A DNA stretch of 64,000 nt from Eledone cirrhosa (taxonomy: Eukaryota). Positions 15,717-29,041 of this stretch are shown one piece after another (position 1 is the first letter of the stretch; the number at the start of each line of letters is the position of its first letter). The notes beneath the pieces were generated by a model. The model searched no databases. It was not told where the DNA came from and worked only from the letters and a program-made list of their open reading frames with translations. Location of the stretch: positions 868,001-932,000 of the forward strand of contig OZ024742.1 in the NCBI GenBank assembly GCA_964016885.1, given 5' to 3'. The translations under genes and the position numbers were made by a program.

Positions 15717-18095
15717 AAATTAATACATTAATAAATTGGAAGTTATATTAGAAGTGAAGATAATACGATAGGATATAATGTAGGAGATGAAATATATTTA
15801 GGGAAAGAAATTAAAAGATAGAAAATAAAAGAGAGAAAATATAATAGGTTATGATGTTGATTCATTGACAGTTAATAACAATAATAATAACAATGATGAT
15901 AATGGGTTATTAGTAATAGACTTAGGTGGTATAATTTGAACTATGGAATTGTTGGTTTGAAATTATCGAATTTATTCACTACTTTATGTCTACAGAAAAT
16001 TGACCATTCAACTTTGCTGTTAAGCAGCATTTTGTCATATTTTAAAATATGAAATAATTCCATATTACAAAGTCTACAATGGGACATACCAATTTTGTAG
16101 ACCATTGCTCCTGGCAATTTAGACCAGTTAATCCTGTATTCTTGGTTTGTATCTCTAAGCTGCCAGATTTTATTGGCGAGCATTGTTGTATTCATTAGTT
16201 TACGTTTTTTTATAGAATGTCTGTGAACGTACCAACGTTTTTTTAACTCCCCCGCCGTAGAACCTATGTAGTGCCATGCTAAGTTGTCTGAATTTATAGT
16301 ACATAGGTACACTATATTAGATTCAAGGTATTTATTTTGTAGTGGGCACTTATCCGGTAAATAACAGTTACATTTTGAGGCCTTCCTATGTGCCGGTTCA
16401 GCGGTGCGGTTTTGTAAGTTGTTATGTATGGGCTGAGATTTGGGTTTGTTGATGTATTGTCGTGATGTGTTCTGACGTGTGTGTGGTTGTGATGTTGTTA
16501 TGTGTATGTGTTTTATATTTAGTGTTATGGTGCTTGTTTGCAGGCTATTTGTATTAGAGATTCTTTTATAGTTAATTTTCTGTATGTGTGATTCTATGTT
16601 GGTTGCAGTAGAGTAAGATAGTTTGATAGTATTTCTATTAAAGATTTTATGGTATTTGTGAAGTTTAGGGAAGTGCTTGTCAATCAATTTAAAGAAGGTA
16701 GTTTGGATTTTTAGAGGAGTTAAATATTGAATTGAACCATAAGTATTTTCTATCTCTGGATCTTCTATAGTTCCTAGGGGTCCTTATATTAGTATTCGGT
16801 TCAATCATTTCTGGTGCTCGTTGCCTATTTCTATGTTTAGTCCTATATTTGTTATTTCTATAGGTGTGGGTGGTGTTATTGTTGTTTGTATCTGGTATGT
16901 ATTTGAGCCTCTCTTTGTGGCCTGCCTTAAGTAAAGCTATGTTGTAGTAGTTAGCGTGTTCATTAAAAATCTCTAGGTTAGAAGATAAGCGTGAAATTCT
17001 AAGGGATATACTATGTGCTATGGAGTTAATTATGGAGCGGGGGTGGTTTGAGTTATAACTAATGTAAGCTAGATTTTCGTTATTTTTATTTTTATGGAAG
17101 GGCTCTATTAGTCCTGTGTTTAGGTTGAGTGATACGTCCAAGAAGTTAGCTATTTTAGAGTTGAGTTCGAAAGTGATGTTTAGGCCTAATTTTTTTAAGA
17201 AGGTTCTAATCTTTTTATGTAATCTTTCCAAGTTTTGATTATTTAAGTTTTTAGCTAAAAGTAATGTATCATCTCTATAAATTCCTCCCTGGAGGTTACC
17301 AAATTCCTTATGTAAGATATGTGCTACATATATTCCAACCATGTCTGTTACTTGAGCTGAATCGTTAGATCCCATAGTGATATCAAAGTTATTTTGTCTA
17401 TTTTTTCTTTCCCAGTAACTATTATCGAAACTAATGATAGTTCTCCTAGCAGCTAGTATTATTCTAATTTCATCAGAGGATAGGCCCGAGTTTTTCTGTG
17501 CAAAGGTTAGTGCTTTATTTAGGGTGACTGGGGAAATAGAGGAGTAGTAGTCATTGATGTCAAATTGTATGAAGTCAGAAGTTTTCCCTATTGTCTATTT
17601 TGCTAAACCAATCTATTGCTTCATTAGTGTTACCCCAAAGCTTAATTATTAGTTTGTCTTTAATTTGTGGTATTATTCTATCTAGTATATACTTGCTAAT
17701 TCTACCTATATCCGACTTTGATGGGCATATTAATCTAATAGTAGGGTCAGTTTCAAAGTTGCATTTATGATCTTTCAAATTAAAAGTGGGTTTACAAGGG
17801 GTCAGAGGCTCGGTTCTATCAGATATTTTGAGTCTTTTTACTATGTTTTCACTCTTTCACTATTATTGCTCCAACATTAACTTCATAGGAACTCCAAAGT
17901 AACACGGTAAAAACCTCCCAGTTCCACACTGTAAACGTGTAAAAGGTTCTTACATAAAATTATGATCAAAATTTTTAAATACATAGACATTTTAAAAGAA
18001 AGTCATATACCATAGAAGCAAGAGAAATTGCAGGCAATTATATATCAAAAGGGTGACAGGAAATTGTTTACCAATATTTCTTTGTATGTTCTTAC

Positions 18096-18230
18096 CTGTT
18101 CTAATTTAAAGATGTGTTGGTTGAAATAATACTGGAGGTGTTCATTTGCATAATTTATACAAAACTGCTCAAAGCTATTTTTATGAAAGTCTTCAAAACC
18201 AAATATATCGAGAACTCCAATAGAATTTCC
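18096..18230 (-). CDS. Unconventional myosin (class IX-like) motor-domain exon, switch II/relay region
   Basis: cttag|GGA...CAG|gtaag, 135 nt, phase 0-0. Translates [45 protein letters not shown] (myosin DIFGFE switch II and [12 protein letters not shown] motifs). Not in the ORF track. Confidence 0.96.
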
Positions 18231-18595
18231 CTAAGAAAAATAATTTAGAAAGAAAATTACATTTATTAATAATAGAGAATTAGGTTTACCAGGAAATTGG
18301 AAGAAGAGAAGTTTTATAAACAACAGACTGAAACAAATATAAATTATACATTGTGACCCCTAAAGTTGACATGTGATGTTCAGTAGACCCCTATAGTTGA
18401 CATGTGGGGTTCAATAGTGTGTTGTGACCCCTATAGGTGACAGTTATAAAGGGCAAACACCCTGTTTGGTCATCAATGAGCGGGATTTGTAGCAAGTTCC
18501 CTACTATAAATGCAGGTTGTGGAAGACCAGCAGTCACCCCTGTAGCCCTTCTCCACTGATCTCCAAGGGAAAGTGATTCAACTTGGCACAACTCA

Positions 18596-20973
18596 TATAT
18601 ACACCATATATACACTATTTATACACACTATATATGCACTATATATACACTATATATACACCATATATACACTATATATACACCATATATACACTATTTA
18701 TACACACTATATATGCACTATATATACACTATATATACACTATATATACATTATATATACACTATATATACACCATATATACACTATATATACACCATAT
18801 ATACACTAAATATATACAATATATATACACTATATATACACTATATATATACACTATATATACATTATATATACACTATATATACATTATATATACACTA
18901 TATATACATTATATATACACTATATATATATACACTATATATATATATACACTATATATATATATATATACACTATATATATATATATATATACACTATA
19001 TATATATACACACTATATATATATACACACTATATATATATACACTATATATATATACACTATATATATATACACTATATATACACTATTTATATATACA
19101 CTATTTATATATACACTATCATCATCATCATCATCATCACCGTTTTACGTCCGTTCTTCCACGCTAGCATGGGTTAGACGGGTTGTCCTGTTGTGGGCAG
19201 TGTCTGGTCGGCTGACCATGCCTTGCTCATACAGGAACTGATCTGGCTTGATTTCTACAGCTGGATGCCCTTCCTAACACCAACCTCATTTACAGTGAGT
19301 GCTGGGTGCTTTTTCGTGGCGCCTACACGTCCACTTTACAGTGTGGGCTGGGTGCTTTTTTGCCGTGGCACCTCCACGACCACCTTGCGATGGGGGGGGG
19401 GGGGCATATTGTTTATATGCTTCAGCATGTACCCATGGGAGGTCGGGTACCCTGTATTACTGCGTGACGCCAGAAGTCACGGTCGTGTGTCATTGACTTT
19501 GAGAGGTGTAGTTGGGTAAGGTCGGCTTTTATCACCTCATCCCAAGTCATCTTGGGTCTCCCCACTCCGCGGTTTCCATCAACTTCTAGTGCTCTGCACC
19601 TTTTTATGCAGCTGTCATCCTTCATACGCATCACATGTCCATACCAGCGTAACCGCCTCTCCTGCACGCAGCATTTGATTCCTCTTATGCTCAGTCTCTC
19701 TCTCAATTCATTTATGCTTTGTCGTTCACGTATATTACTGTTACACATCCATCGGAGCATGCAGGCTTCGTTTCTCTCTAATCTACGTAAGTCTTCCACC
19801 TTCAGCGCCCAGGTCTCACTACCATGCAACATCGCTGTTCGGATACACGCATCATACAGTCTGCCTTTCATTCTGAGGGAGAAGCCTTTTGCAGCTAGCA
19901 GTGGTAGTAGTTCCCTAAACTTCTTCCATCCCGTTCTTACCCTAGTTATTGTACTTTCTGAGCACCCACCTCCGTTGCTAATTCGGTCACCTAGGTAGCA
20001 GAAGCTGTCTACTGTTTCTACAGGGCCCTCCCAGAGATTGGTGGTACTTGTTTCCTGTGGCTGTTTGCTTGCTGTTTCAGCACAGCTGCTGCATGTGAAT
20101 CCTACATTCTTAATTAAGCTTCCTGAGATCCCGCTACATCTCTTGTGTACCCATTGTTTGCATTTGGGGCAAAGAATGGAGTTCCTACCTACACCTTTCC
20201 TACATACTGAGCAAGGCCATTTCCCTGAGGGGATCTGGGTTCTGTTTTCTCGTCTACTTATAAGGACCTTAGTCTTTGTCATGTTGACTTTGATGCCCTT
20301 TCTCTCTAGTCCCTGCTTCCAGGTTTGGAATTTATTCTCTAGTTCTACCATAGATTCAGCTATGAGTGCGAGGTCATCAGCATACAGGAGTTCCCATGGG
20401 CATCCGGTCTTAAACTTCTCCGTTATTGCCTGCAGGACTATGATGAACAGGAGAGGGCTAAGAACAGAGCCCTGGTGGACCCCAACCTGTACGCTAAATT
20501 CCTCGCTATACTCATTGCCAATCCTAACTTTGCTGACTGCTCCCCTATACATGGCTTGTACCGCTTTCACAAGCCATTCATCTACTCCTAGTTTTCTAAG
20601 AGCCCACCAGATTACTGCACGTGGAACTCTGTCAAAGGCTTTCTCAAGGTCGACAAATGCCAAGTAGAGTGGCTTACTTTTAGCTAGGTACTTTTCCTGT
20701 AATTGCCTCACAAGGAAGAGCGCATCAGTGGTGCCTTTCCCTGGTACAAACCCAAATTGCATCTCGTCTATATTCACCCGGTCCCTAATCAGCTGTGCTA
20801 TAACTCTTTCTGTTACTTTCATGACCTGGTCCATCAACTTTATACCTCTATAGTTTCCTCTATCTAGTGCATCGCCTTTACCTTTGTAGCAGTTGACAAT
20901 GATGCTACTGCACCAATCTATAATGTATATATATATATACACTATATATATACACTATATATATATATATATA

Positions 20974-21011
<38 letters not shown>

Positions 21012-21105
21012 TATATATACATTATATATACACTATATATACACTATATGTACTATATATACACTATATGTACACTATATATACATTATATACAGACTAT
21101 ATATA
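18596..21105. repeat. (CACTATATATA)n-type ~11-bp minisatellite split by an RTE insertion
   Basis: The same unit occurs on both sides of the RTE copy (18596-19117 and 20925-21105). Confidence 0.85.
19118..20920 (-). mobile_element. RTE LINE family B, 5'-truncated, RT frame open
   Basis: About 500 aa open frame with [24 protein letters not shown] and a PHD-like Cys cluster (CSVC...CPKC..WVHKRC...CSSC), ending PMGTC* at 19422; (GAT)n tail. Confidence 0.95.
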
Positions 21106-21147
21106 ATGTTCTCCAAACGTAAGGCAATGGCTAATACAGCTTGACAT

Positions 21148-21290
21148 GAGTCATTTCTACAGTTGAGTAAACTGGAGTAAGGTGAAATAAAGTGTCTTGC
21201 TCAAGGACACAACACATCACCCAGTCCAGAAATTGAACCCGCAACCTCCCAATTGCAAGCCCAATACTCTAACCACTAAGGCACATGCCT
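21148..21290 (-). mobile_element. tRNA-derived SINE (head + core)
   Basis: Minus strand A box (CCTTAGTGG), B box (GGTTCAATT), GTGTCCTTGAGCAAGACAC core; homologous to 36940-37083. Confidence 0.8.
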
Positions 21291-22114
21291 TCCCATGTAG
21301 TTATATATTACAGATATACCATTGTAGTTGTTATTAGACATTTGGTAGCTGTGGATATTAGACATTTGGTAGCTGTGTGGTTAAGTAATTTCTATTACAA
21401 TCATGGACTTCTTGGTTCAATTCTACAGCACTTTCTGCCAGAGTCTTGTATTATCAAAACCTTCCATTGTCCTAAGCTGTGTGAATTAAAGTGTGTAGAG
21501 GAAAACTGTAGAATTCTATTGTTTGGTGCTGGTTTAACAATATAACCACCATGAAAACCATGTTAATGTTGAGATGAGGACTGACGTGTATCAACACAAA
21601 TTTGTAGAAATAAAGTTATCAAAAGGTTTTAGACAAAGACAATCAGGACAAGAGTATTACACCTGTAGGAGGAACAATTGATGCAGCAGGTACTGCAGAC
21701 TGTACTTCAGGTCAACACTTTTATCACTTTCTCTGTAGAGAATGGAGGAGTTATGTAGAAACTGCCTTTTTTTTTTACTTGATCTCTTTTAGTTGTTGTT
21801 TTTTCTCTTTCTTTATCAAATCTCAAAAGAGATGGGGTAGAGAAAGAGAGACACAAAGAGACAGACAGGCTGAAAAAGAATGAGAGAGAGGGGGGATAGA
21901 GAGGGGGTAGAGAGAGGGAGAGAGGGCGTAGAGAGGGAGGGGGGATAGACAAGGATATAAAGTATAAAGAGAGAGAAAAGGAGAGACTGTAAGAAACCTC
22001 ATCACAATTACCAAACAAGATTAATTGATAAATTATCTAATTTTCAAAAATGAATACATAATTAAATTAAATAAAATAAACCTAAAATTAAAATTTTAAT
22101 TTCTACTTAAGAAT

Positions 22115-22406
22115 TAGACAATATGCCCCCACACCCTCCCACTGCAAAGTGGTCGTGGAGGTGCCACGGCAAAAAAGCCCCAGCCCACACTGTAAAGTGG
22201 ACGTGTAGGCGCCACGTAAAAAAGCACCCAGCACTCACTGTAAATGAGGTTGGTGTTAGGAAGGGCATCCAACTGTAGAAATCAAGCCAAAATCAGTTCC
22301 TGTATGAGCAAGGCATAGTCAGCCGACCAGACACTGCGAACAACAGGACAACCCGTCTAACCCAGGCTAGCATGGAAGAACGGACGTAAATCGGTGATGA
22401 TGATGA
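22115..22406 (+). mobile_element. RTE family B 3' UTR fragment
   Basis: Matches 5389-5681; GAT tail. Confidence 0.85.
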
Positions 22407-22483
22407 ATTGAATTAAAACAAATTGTTGTTGTTGTTGTTATAAATTATATAACAAGAGAAAAATAATCTGAAATGTAAGGAGA

Positions 22484-25400
22484 TGGGGTGGAGGGTTGGA
22501 ACTTAACCCTTCTGTTACCATAGGGTGGAGGGTTGGAACTTAACCCTTCTGTTACCATAGGGTGAAGGGTTGGAACTTAACCCTTCTGTTACCATAGGGT
22601 GGAGGGTGGAGGGTTGGACTTAACCCTTCTGTTACCATAGGGTGGAGGGTTGGAACTTAACCCTTCTGTTACCATAGGGTGGAGGGTTGGAACTTAACCC
22701 GTCTGTTACAATAGGGTGGAGGGTTGGACTTAACCCTTCTGTTACCGAAGGGTGGAGGGTTGGAACTTAACCCTTCTGTTACCATAGGGTGGAGGGTTGG
22801 TACTTAACCCTTCTGTTACCGAAGGGTGGAGGGTTGGAACTTAACCCTTCTGTTACCGAAGGGTGGAGGGTTGGAACTTAACCCTTCTGTTACCATAGAG
22901 TGGAGGGTGTAGGGTTGGAACTTAACCCTTCTGTTACCATAGAGTGGAGGGTGTAGGGTTGGAACTTAACCCTTCTGTTACCATAGGGTGGAGGGTGGGA
23001 ACTTAACCCTTCTGTTACCATAGGTTGGAGGGTGGAGGGTTGGAACTTAACCCTCTGTTACCATAAGGTGGAGGGTGGAGGGTTGGAACTTAACCCTTCT
23101 GTTACCATAGGGTGGAGGGTTGGAACTTAACCCTTCTGTTACCATAGGGTTGAGGGTGGAGGGTGGGAACTTAACCCTTCTGTTACCATAGGTTGGAGGG
23201 TGGAGGGTTGGAACTTAACCCTTCTGTTACCATAAGGTGGAGGGTGGAGAGTTGGAACTTAACCCTTCTGTTACCATAGGGTGGAGGGTAGATTGTTGGA
23301 ACTTAACCCTTCTGTTACTATAAGGTGGAGGGTGGAGGGTTTGGAACTTAACCCTTCTGTTACCATAGGGTGGAGGGTGGAGAGTTGGAACTTACCCCTT
23401 CTGTTACCATAGGGTGGAGGGTGGAGAGTTGGAACTTACCCCTTCTGTTACCATAGAGTGGAGGGTGTAGGGTTGGAACTTAACCCTTCTGTTACCATAG
23501 GGTGGAGGGTGGGAACTTAACCCTTCTGTTACCATAGGTTGGAGGGTGGAGGGTTGGAACTTAACCCTCTGTTACCATAAGGTGGAGGGTGGAGGGTTGG
23601 AACTTAACCCTTCTGTTACCATAGGGTGGAGGGTTGGAACTTAACCCTTCTGTTACCATAGGGTTGAGGGTGGAGGGTGGGAACTTAACCCTTCTGTTAC
23701 CATAGGTTGGAGGGTGGAGGGTTGGAACTTAACCCTTCTGTTACCATAAGGTGGAGGGTGGAGAGTTGGAACTTAACCCTTCTGTTACCATAGGGTGGAG
23801 GGTAGATTGTTGGAACTTAACCCTTCTGTTACTATAAGGTGGAGGGTGGAGGGTTTGGAACTTAACCCTTCTGTTACCATAGGGTGGAGGGTGGAGAGTT
23901 GGAACTTACCCCTTCTGTTACCATAGGGTGGAGGGTGGAGAGTTGGAACTTACCCCTTCTGTTACCATAGAGTGGAGGGTGTAGGGTTGGAACTTAACCC
24001 TTCTGTTACCATAGGGTGGAGGGTGGGAACTTAACCCTTCTGTTACCATAGGTTGGAGGGTGGAGGGTTGGAACTTAACCCTCTGTTACCATAAGGTGGA
24101 GGGTGGAGGGTTGGAACTTAACCCTTCTGTTACCATAGGGTGGAGGGTTGGAACTTAACCCTTCTGTTACCATAGGGTTGAGGGTGGAGGGTGGGAACTT
24201 AACCCTTCTGTTACCATAGGTTGGAGGGTGGAGGGTTGGAACTTAACCCTTCTGTTACCATAAGGTGGAGGGTGGAGAGTTGGAACTTAACCCTTCTGTT
24301 ACCATAGGGTGGAGGGTAGATTGTTGGAACTTAACCCTTCTGTTACTATAAGGTGGAGGGTGGAGGGTTTGGAACTTAACCCTTCTGTTACCATAGGGTG
24401 GAGGGTGGAGAGTTGGAACTTACCCCTTCTGTTACCATAGGGTGGAGGGTGGAGGGTGGAGAGTTGGAACTTACCCCTTCTGTTACCATAGGGTGGAGGG
24501 TGGAGGGTTGGAACTTAACCCTTCTGTTACCATTGGGTTGAGGGTGGAAACTTATTCCTTCTGTTACCATAGGGTGGACGGTGGAGCGTTGGAACTTAAC
24601 ACTTCTGTTACCATAGGGTGGAGGGTTGGAACTTAATCCTTCTGTTACCATAGGGTGGACGGTGGAGCGTTGGAACTTAACACTTCTGTTACCATAGGGT
24701 GGAGGGTTGGAACTTATCCCTTCTGTTGCCATGGAGTGGAGGGTGGAGGGTTGGAACTTAACCCTTCTGTTACTATAGGGTTGAGGGTGGAGGGTTGGAA
24801 CCTAACCCCTTTGTTACCATAGGGTGGAGGGTGGAGGGTTGGAACTTAACCCTTCCGTTAACATATGGTGGAGGGTTGGAACTTAACCCTTGTTACCATA
24901 GTGTGGAGGGTGGAGGGTTGGAACTTAATCCTTCTGTTACTATAAGGTGGGGGTGGAGGGTTTGAACTTAACCCTTCCGATACATTAGGGTGGGGGGTTG
25001 GAACCTAATCCTTCTGTTACCATAAGGTGGAGGGTTGGAACTTAACCCTTCCGATACATTAGGGTGGGGGGTTGGAACCTAATCCTTCTGTTACCATAAG
25101 GTGGAGGGTTGGAACTTAACCCTTGTTACCATAGGGTGGAGAGTAGAGCGTTGGAACCTAACCCTTGTTACCATAGGGTGGAGGGTTGGAACTTAACCCT
25201 TCTGTTGGTGGAGGGTGGAGGGTTGGAACTTAACCCTTATGTTACCATAGGGTGGAGGGTGGAGGGTTGGAACTTAACCCTTGTTACCACAGGGGGGAGG
25301 GTTGGAACTTAACCCTTGTTACCAGAGTGTGGACGGTTGGAACCTAACCCTTCTGTTACTATTGGGTGGAGGGTGGAGGGTTGGAACTTAACCCTTCTGT

Positions 25401-27462
25401 TACCATAGGGTGGAGGGTAGAGGGTTGGAACTTAACCCTTCTGTTACCTTAAGGTGGAGGGTTGGAACTTAACCCTTCTGTTACCATAGGGTGGAGGGTA
25501 GAGGGTTGGAACTTAACCCTTCTGTTACCTTAAGGTGGAGGGTTGGAACTTAACTCTTCTGTTACCATAGGGTGGAGGGTTGGAACTTAACTCATCTGTT
25601 ACCATAGAGTGGGGGGTGGGGGGTTGGAACTTAACCTTTCTGTTACCATAGGGTGGAGGGTGGAGGGTTGGAACTTAACCCTTCTGTTACCATAGGGTGG
25701 AGGGTTGGAACTTACCCTTCTGTTATCATAGGGTGAAGGGTTCGAACTTAACCCTTATGTTACCTTAGCGTGGAGGGTTGGAACTTAACCCTTCTGTTAT
25801 CATAGGGTGGAGGGTTGGAACTTAACCCTTCTGTTATCATAGGGTGGAGGGTTGGAAGTTACGCCTTCTGTTACCATAGGATAGAGGGTGGAGGGTTGGA
25901 ACGAACTCTTCTGTTACCATAGGGTGGAGGATTGGAACTTACCCCTTCTGTTATCATCGGGTGGAGGGTGGAGTTTGGAACTTAACCCTTCTGTTACCAT
26001 AGAGTGGAGGGTTGGAACTTAACCCTTCTGTTACCATAGGGTGGAGGGTTGCAACCTAACCCTTCTGTTATAGGGTGGGGGTGGAGGGTTGGAACATAAT
26101 CCTTCTGTTACCATAGGGTGGAGGGTTGGAACGAACCCTTCTGTTACCATAAGGTGAAGGGTTGGAACTTAACACTTCTGTTACCATAGGGTGGAGGGTT
26201 GAAACTTAACCTTGTTACCATAGGGGTGGAGGGTGGAGGGTTGGAACTTATCCCTACTGTTACCATATGGAGGAGGGTTGGAACTTAAGCCTTCCGTTAC
26301 CATAGGGTGGAGGGTTGGAACTTAACCCTTCTGTTACCATATGGTGGAGGGTTGGAACTTAAGCCTTCTGTTACCATAGGGTGGAGGGTTGGAACTTAAG
26401 CCTTCTGTTACCATAGGGTGGAGGGTTGGAACATAAGCCTTCTGTTACCATAGGGTGAAGGGTGGAGGGTTGGAACTTAACCCTTGTTACCATAGGGTTG
26501 TGGGTGGAGGGTTGGAACTTAACCCTTCTGTTACCATAGGGTGGAGGGTTGGAACTTAAGCCTTCTGTTACCATAGGGTGGAGGGTTGGAACATAAGCCT
26601 TCTGTTACCATAGGGTGAAGGGTGGAGGGTTGGAACTTAACCCTTGTTACCATAGGGTTGTGGGTGGAGGGTTGGAACTTAACCCTTATGTTACCATATG
26701 GTGGAGGGTTGGAACTTAACCCTTCTGTTACCATAGGGTGGAGGGTGGACGGTTGGAACTTATCCCTTCTGTTACCATATGGTGGAGGGTTGGAACTTAA
26801 GCCTTCTGTTACCATATGGTGGAGGGTGGGAACTTATCCCTTCTGTTACCATATGGTGGAGGGTGGGAACTTAACCCTTGTTACCATAGGGTTGTGGGTG
26901 GAGGGTTGAAACTTAATCCTTCTGTTACCATATGGTGGAGGGTTGGAACTTAACCCTTCTGTTACCATAGGGTGGAGGGTGGACGGTTGGAACTTATCCC
27001 TTCTGTTACCATATGGTGGAGGGTTGGAACTTAAGCCTTCTGTTACCATAGGGTGAAGGGTGGAGGGTTGGAACTTATCCCTTCTGTTAACATATGGTGG
27101 AGGGTTGGAACTTAAGCCTTCTGTTACCATAGGGTGGATGGTGGAGGGTTGCAACTTAACCCTTCTGTTACCATAAGGTGAAGGGTGGAGGGTTGGAACT
27201 TAACCCTTCTGTTACTATAAGGTGGAGGGTGGAACTTAACCCTTCTGTTACCATAAGGTGGAGGGTGGAGGGTTGGAACTTAACCCTTCTGTTACTATAA
27301 GGTGGAGGGTGGAAGGTTATAACCTAACCCTTCTGTTACCATGGTGTTGAGGGTGGAGAGTTGGAACTTAACCCTTCTGTGGGTGGAGGTTTGGAACTTA
27401 ACCCTTCTATTACCCTGGGGTGGAGGGTGGCGGAATGGAACCTAATCCTTCTGTTACCATAT
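22484..27462. repeat. G-rich 31/38-bp minisatellite (~5 kb) with a 514-bp higher-order repeat
   Basis: Unit GGGTGGA(GGGTGGA)GGGTTGGAACTTAACCCTTCTGTTACCATA; the rare variant GATTGTT recurs at 23291, 23805 and 24319. Confidence 0.95.
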
Positions 27463-27855
27463 TTCTCATGAAAGACACTGTCTAAGAAGAATGTTTATAT
27501 AAATATAACATTTTAAAACATCGTTAAATGAAGATTAGTTTCAAGCAGTTTCAACAGTTATATATTATCTAAAAGATCAATAATATTAAAGGTGTGGGGT
27601 AATCTATTAAAAGGGTGAAAATCAAAGATGCAGAAGAAATTTAAACTAATATTTTTAGGGAGAAGTGACCCAGTTTCTGGTGTATTAAGAGGTTACAGGA
27701 TTCTGAGCCAATTAAGTGGATTTTTAACAAGTGGATTCTCTAATCTGCTGATGAATGGCTTGCTAAGAGGTTCAGACTAAACAACAACAATAATCAGCTC
27801 ATTGATGGCAACAACAGCGACAATAACAACAAATGTGATGATGGGAGTAAAAACA

Positions 27856-28036
27856 ATAATTGTTTCTACGTTTGGCACAAGGCCAGCAATTACCCAGTGC
27901 ATTACTGGTACTTTATTTTATCGACCCTGTAAGGATGAAAGGCAAAGTTAACCTCGGCGGGATTTGAACTCAGAATGGCAAGGACCGTAACTCTATACGT
28001 CAAAGCATGGCGTCCGACCCTCTACCAATACTGCCA
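27856..28036 (-). mobile_element. tRNA-derived SINE, octopus-type
   Basis: Minus strand TGGCAGTATTGGTAGA...TGAGTTCAAATCCCGCCGAGGTTAACTTTGCCTTTCATCC...GGGTCGATAAAATAAAGTACCAG, with a B box and AT tail. Family resemblance is from recall. Confidence 0.75.
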
Positions 28037-28039
28037 ATT

Positions 28040-28520
28040 AATATCTTTTATTTCTCTACAAGGGCATCAAATGAAAGAGACATTACAAGTTACAGCATGA
28101 AGGAGGGGGGTGGTACAAAACAAATTAAAAAAACGGTCAACAAATATACGTAGTATATAATTAAGGCTTTCAATGTTGCTCAGAGAGCTGAATAACTATG
28201 GTTACTTAAGGACTACCACAGACCCACAATTACCCTGACCACCAATAGAGTACCAAACACTCAAACACCCTTGTCCAAGGCACAAACACAGAGTAAACAC
28301 ATTAGTTCTTGCCATTTCCATTAGTTTCAGCCAACTTTTGGTAAAATTACTGGAGAGAGAGGAGAGCACCTCTCTCTCCAGCTTCACCTTCCTTTCCAAG
28401 TGAAAGTTGGTGAGAGCTGGACTGAAGCAGAATGTGTGTCTTGAATTATTTCAGCCTTATCCACCACACTCAACTTCTTAGCCACTACACATAGGAAAAC
28501 TGCTTGCCCTGTTAATGGTG
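28040..28520 (-). mobile_element. Possible L1/Tx1-type LINE 3' remnant
   Basis: FHLERKVKLEREVLS...FTKSW resembles the Tx1-type ORF2 C-terminus; degraded. Confidence 0.4.
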
Positions 28521-29041
28521 GGTGATGAGGTGATCTTTATGATGGACTCACAAAGTCCATGATGATAAATATATATAGAGCCAGTATGGACTAATGTATT
28601 TATTATTTGCAATGTAGAGTGTATAAATACATCTACAAAGGCAGGAAGTATCTATGTTTCCTATAGTGGACAGTTTTGAGAAAATCTTGGTCCAAAATTA
28701 TTTGCAAGAAAATACTAAAAACATCAAAGGTTCGACTGTTCTGTTCAACACACACACACGTTTTTAAACCATTAAGTTTCATTTCTTATTACCGACAAGA
28801 AATTGATATTTATTTATAGCTTCCAATCTAATTAAGCAATCCCCTGTAATCAGAGAGTGTGTAATTAACAAGGTTAATTAGCTGCTATAAAGCTGACATT
28901 ATTATCAGTGTTAACATTTTTCTCCCCTCACAGCTTAAATCTTTTAATCCTATTTGAGACTCCGGAGAAAATATCACATTTTACTCCAGATTTACTGAAA
29001 ATACAACTTTCATATATTTTAGGAATTTTATCACAATAACG

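Larger units (their letters stand above)
15153..17870 (-). mobile_element. Penelope-like retroelement (RT + C-terminal GIY-YIG), 5'-truncated and frameshifted
   Basis: FIQFDINDYYSSI, FDITMGS, GIYRDD, NFLDVSL, SNHP; then CNC..CPL, NIVY...YIGST, CRLC, LLNSKVE..CRH; stop at 15941. 3' UTR contains a hammerhead fold and ends at (TA)n. Confidence 0.9.

Noticed and set aside
21148-21290. tRNA gene
   Set aside because: The A/B boxes run into a SINE core, there is no full cloverleaf, and homologous SINE copies exist in the window.
21660-21735. Possible myosin exon (minus-strand CTCTACAG acceptor)
   Set aside because: The translation is not myosin-like, the donor is weak and the phase is incompatible.
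27694-27776. Possible myosin exon (minus-strand TTTAG acceptor) and a plus-strand CTGATGA
   Set aside because: No myosin similarity, a weak donor, and no hammerhead stems.
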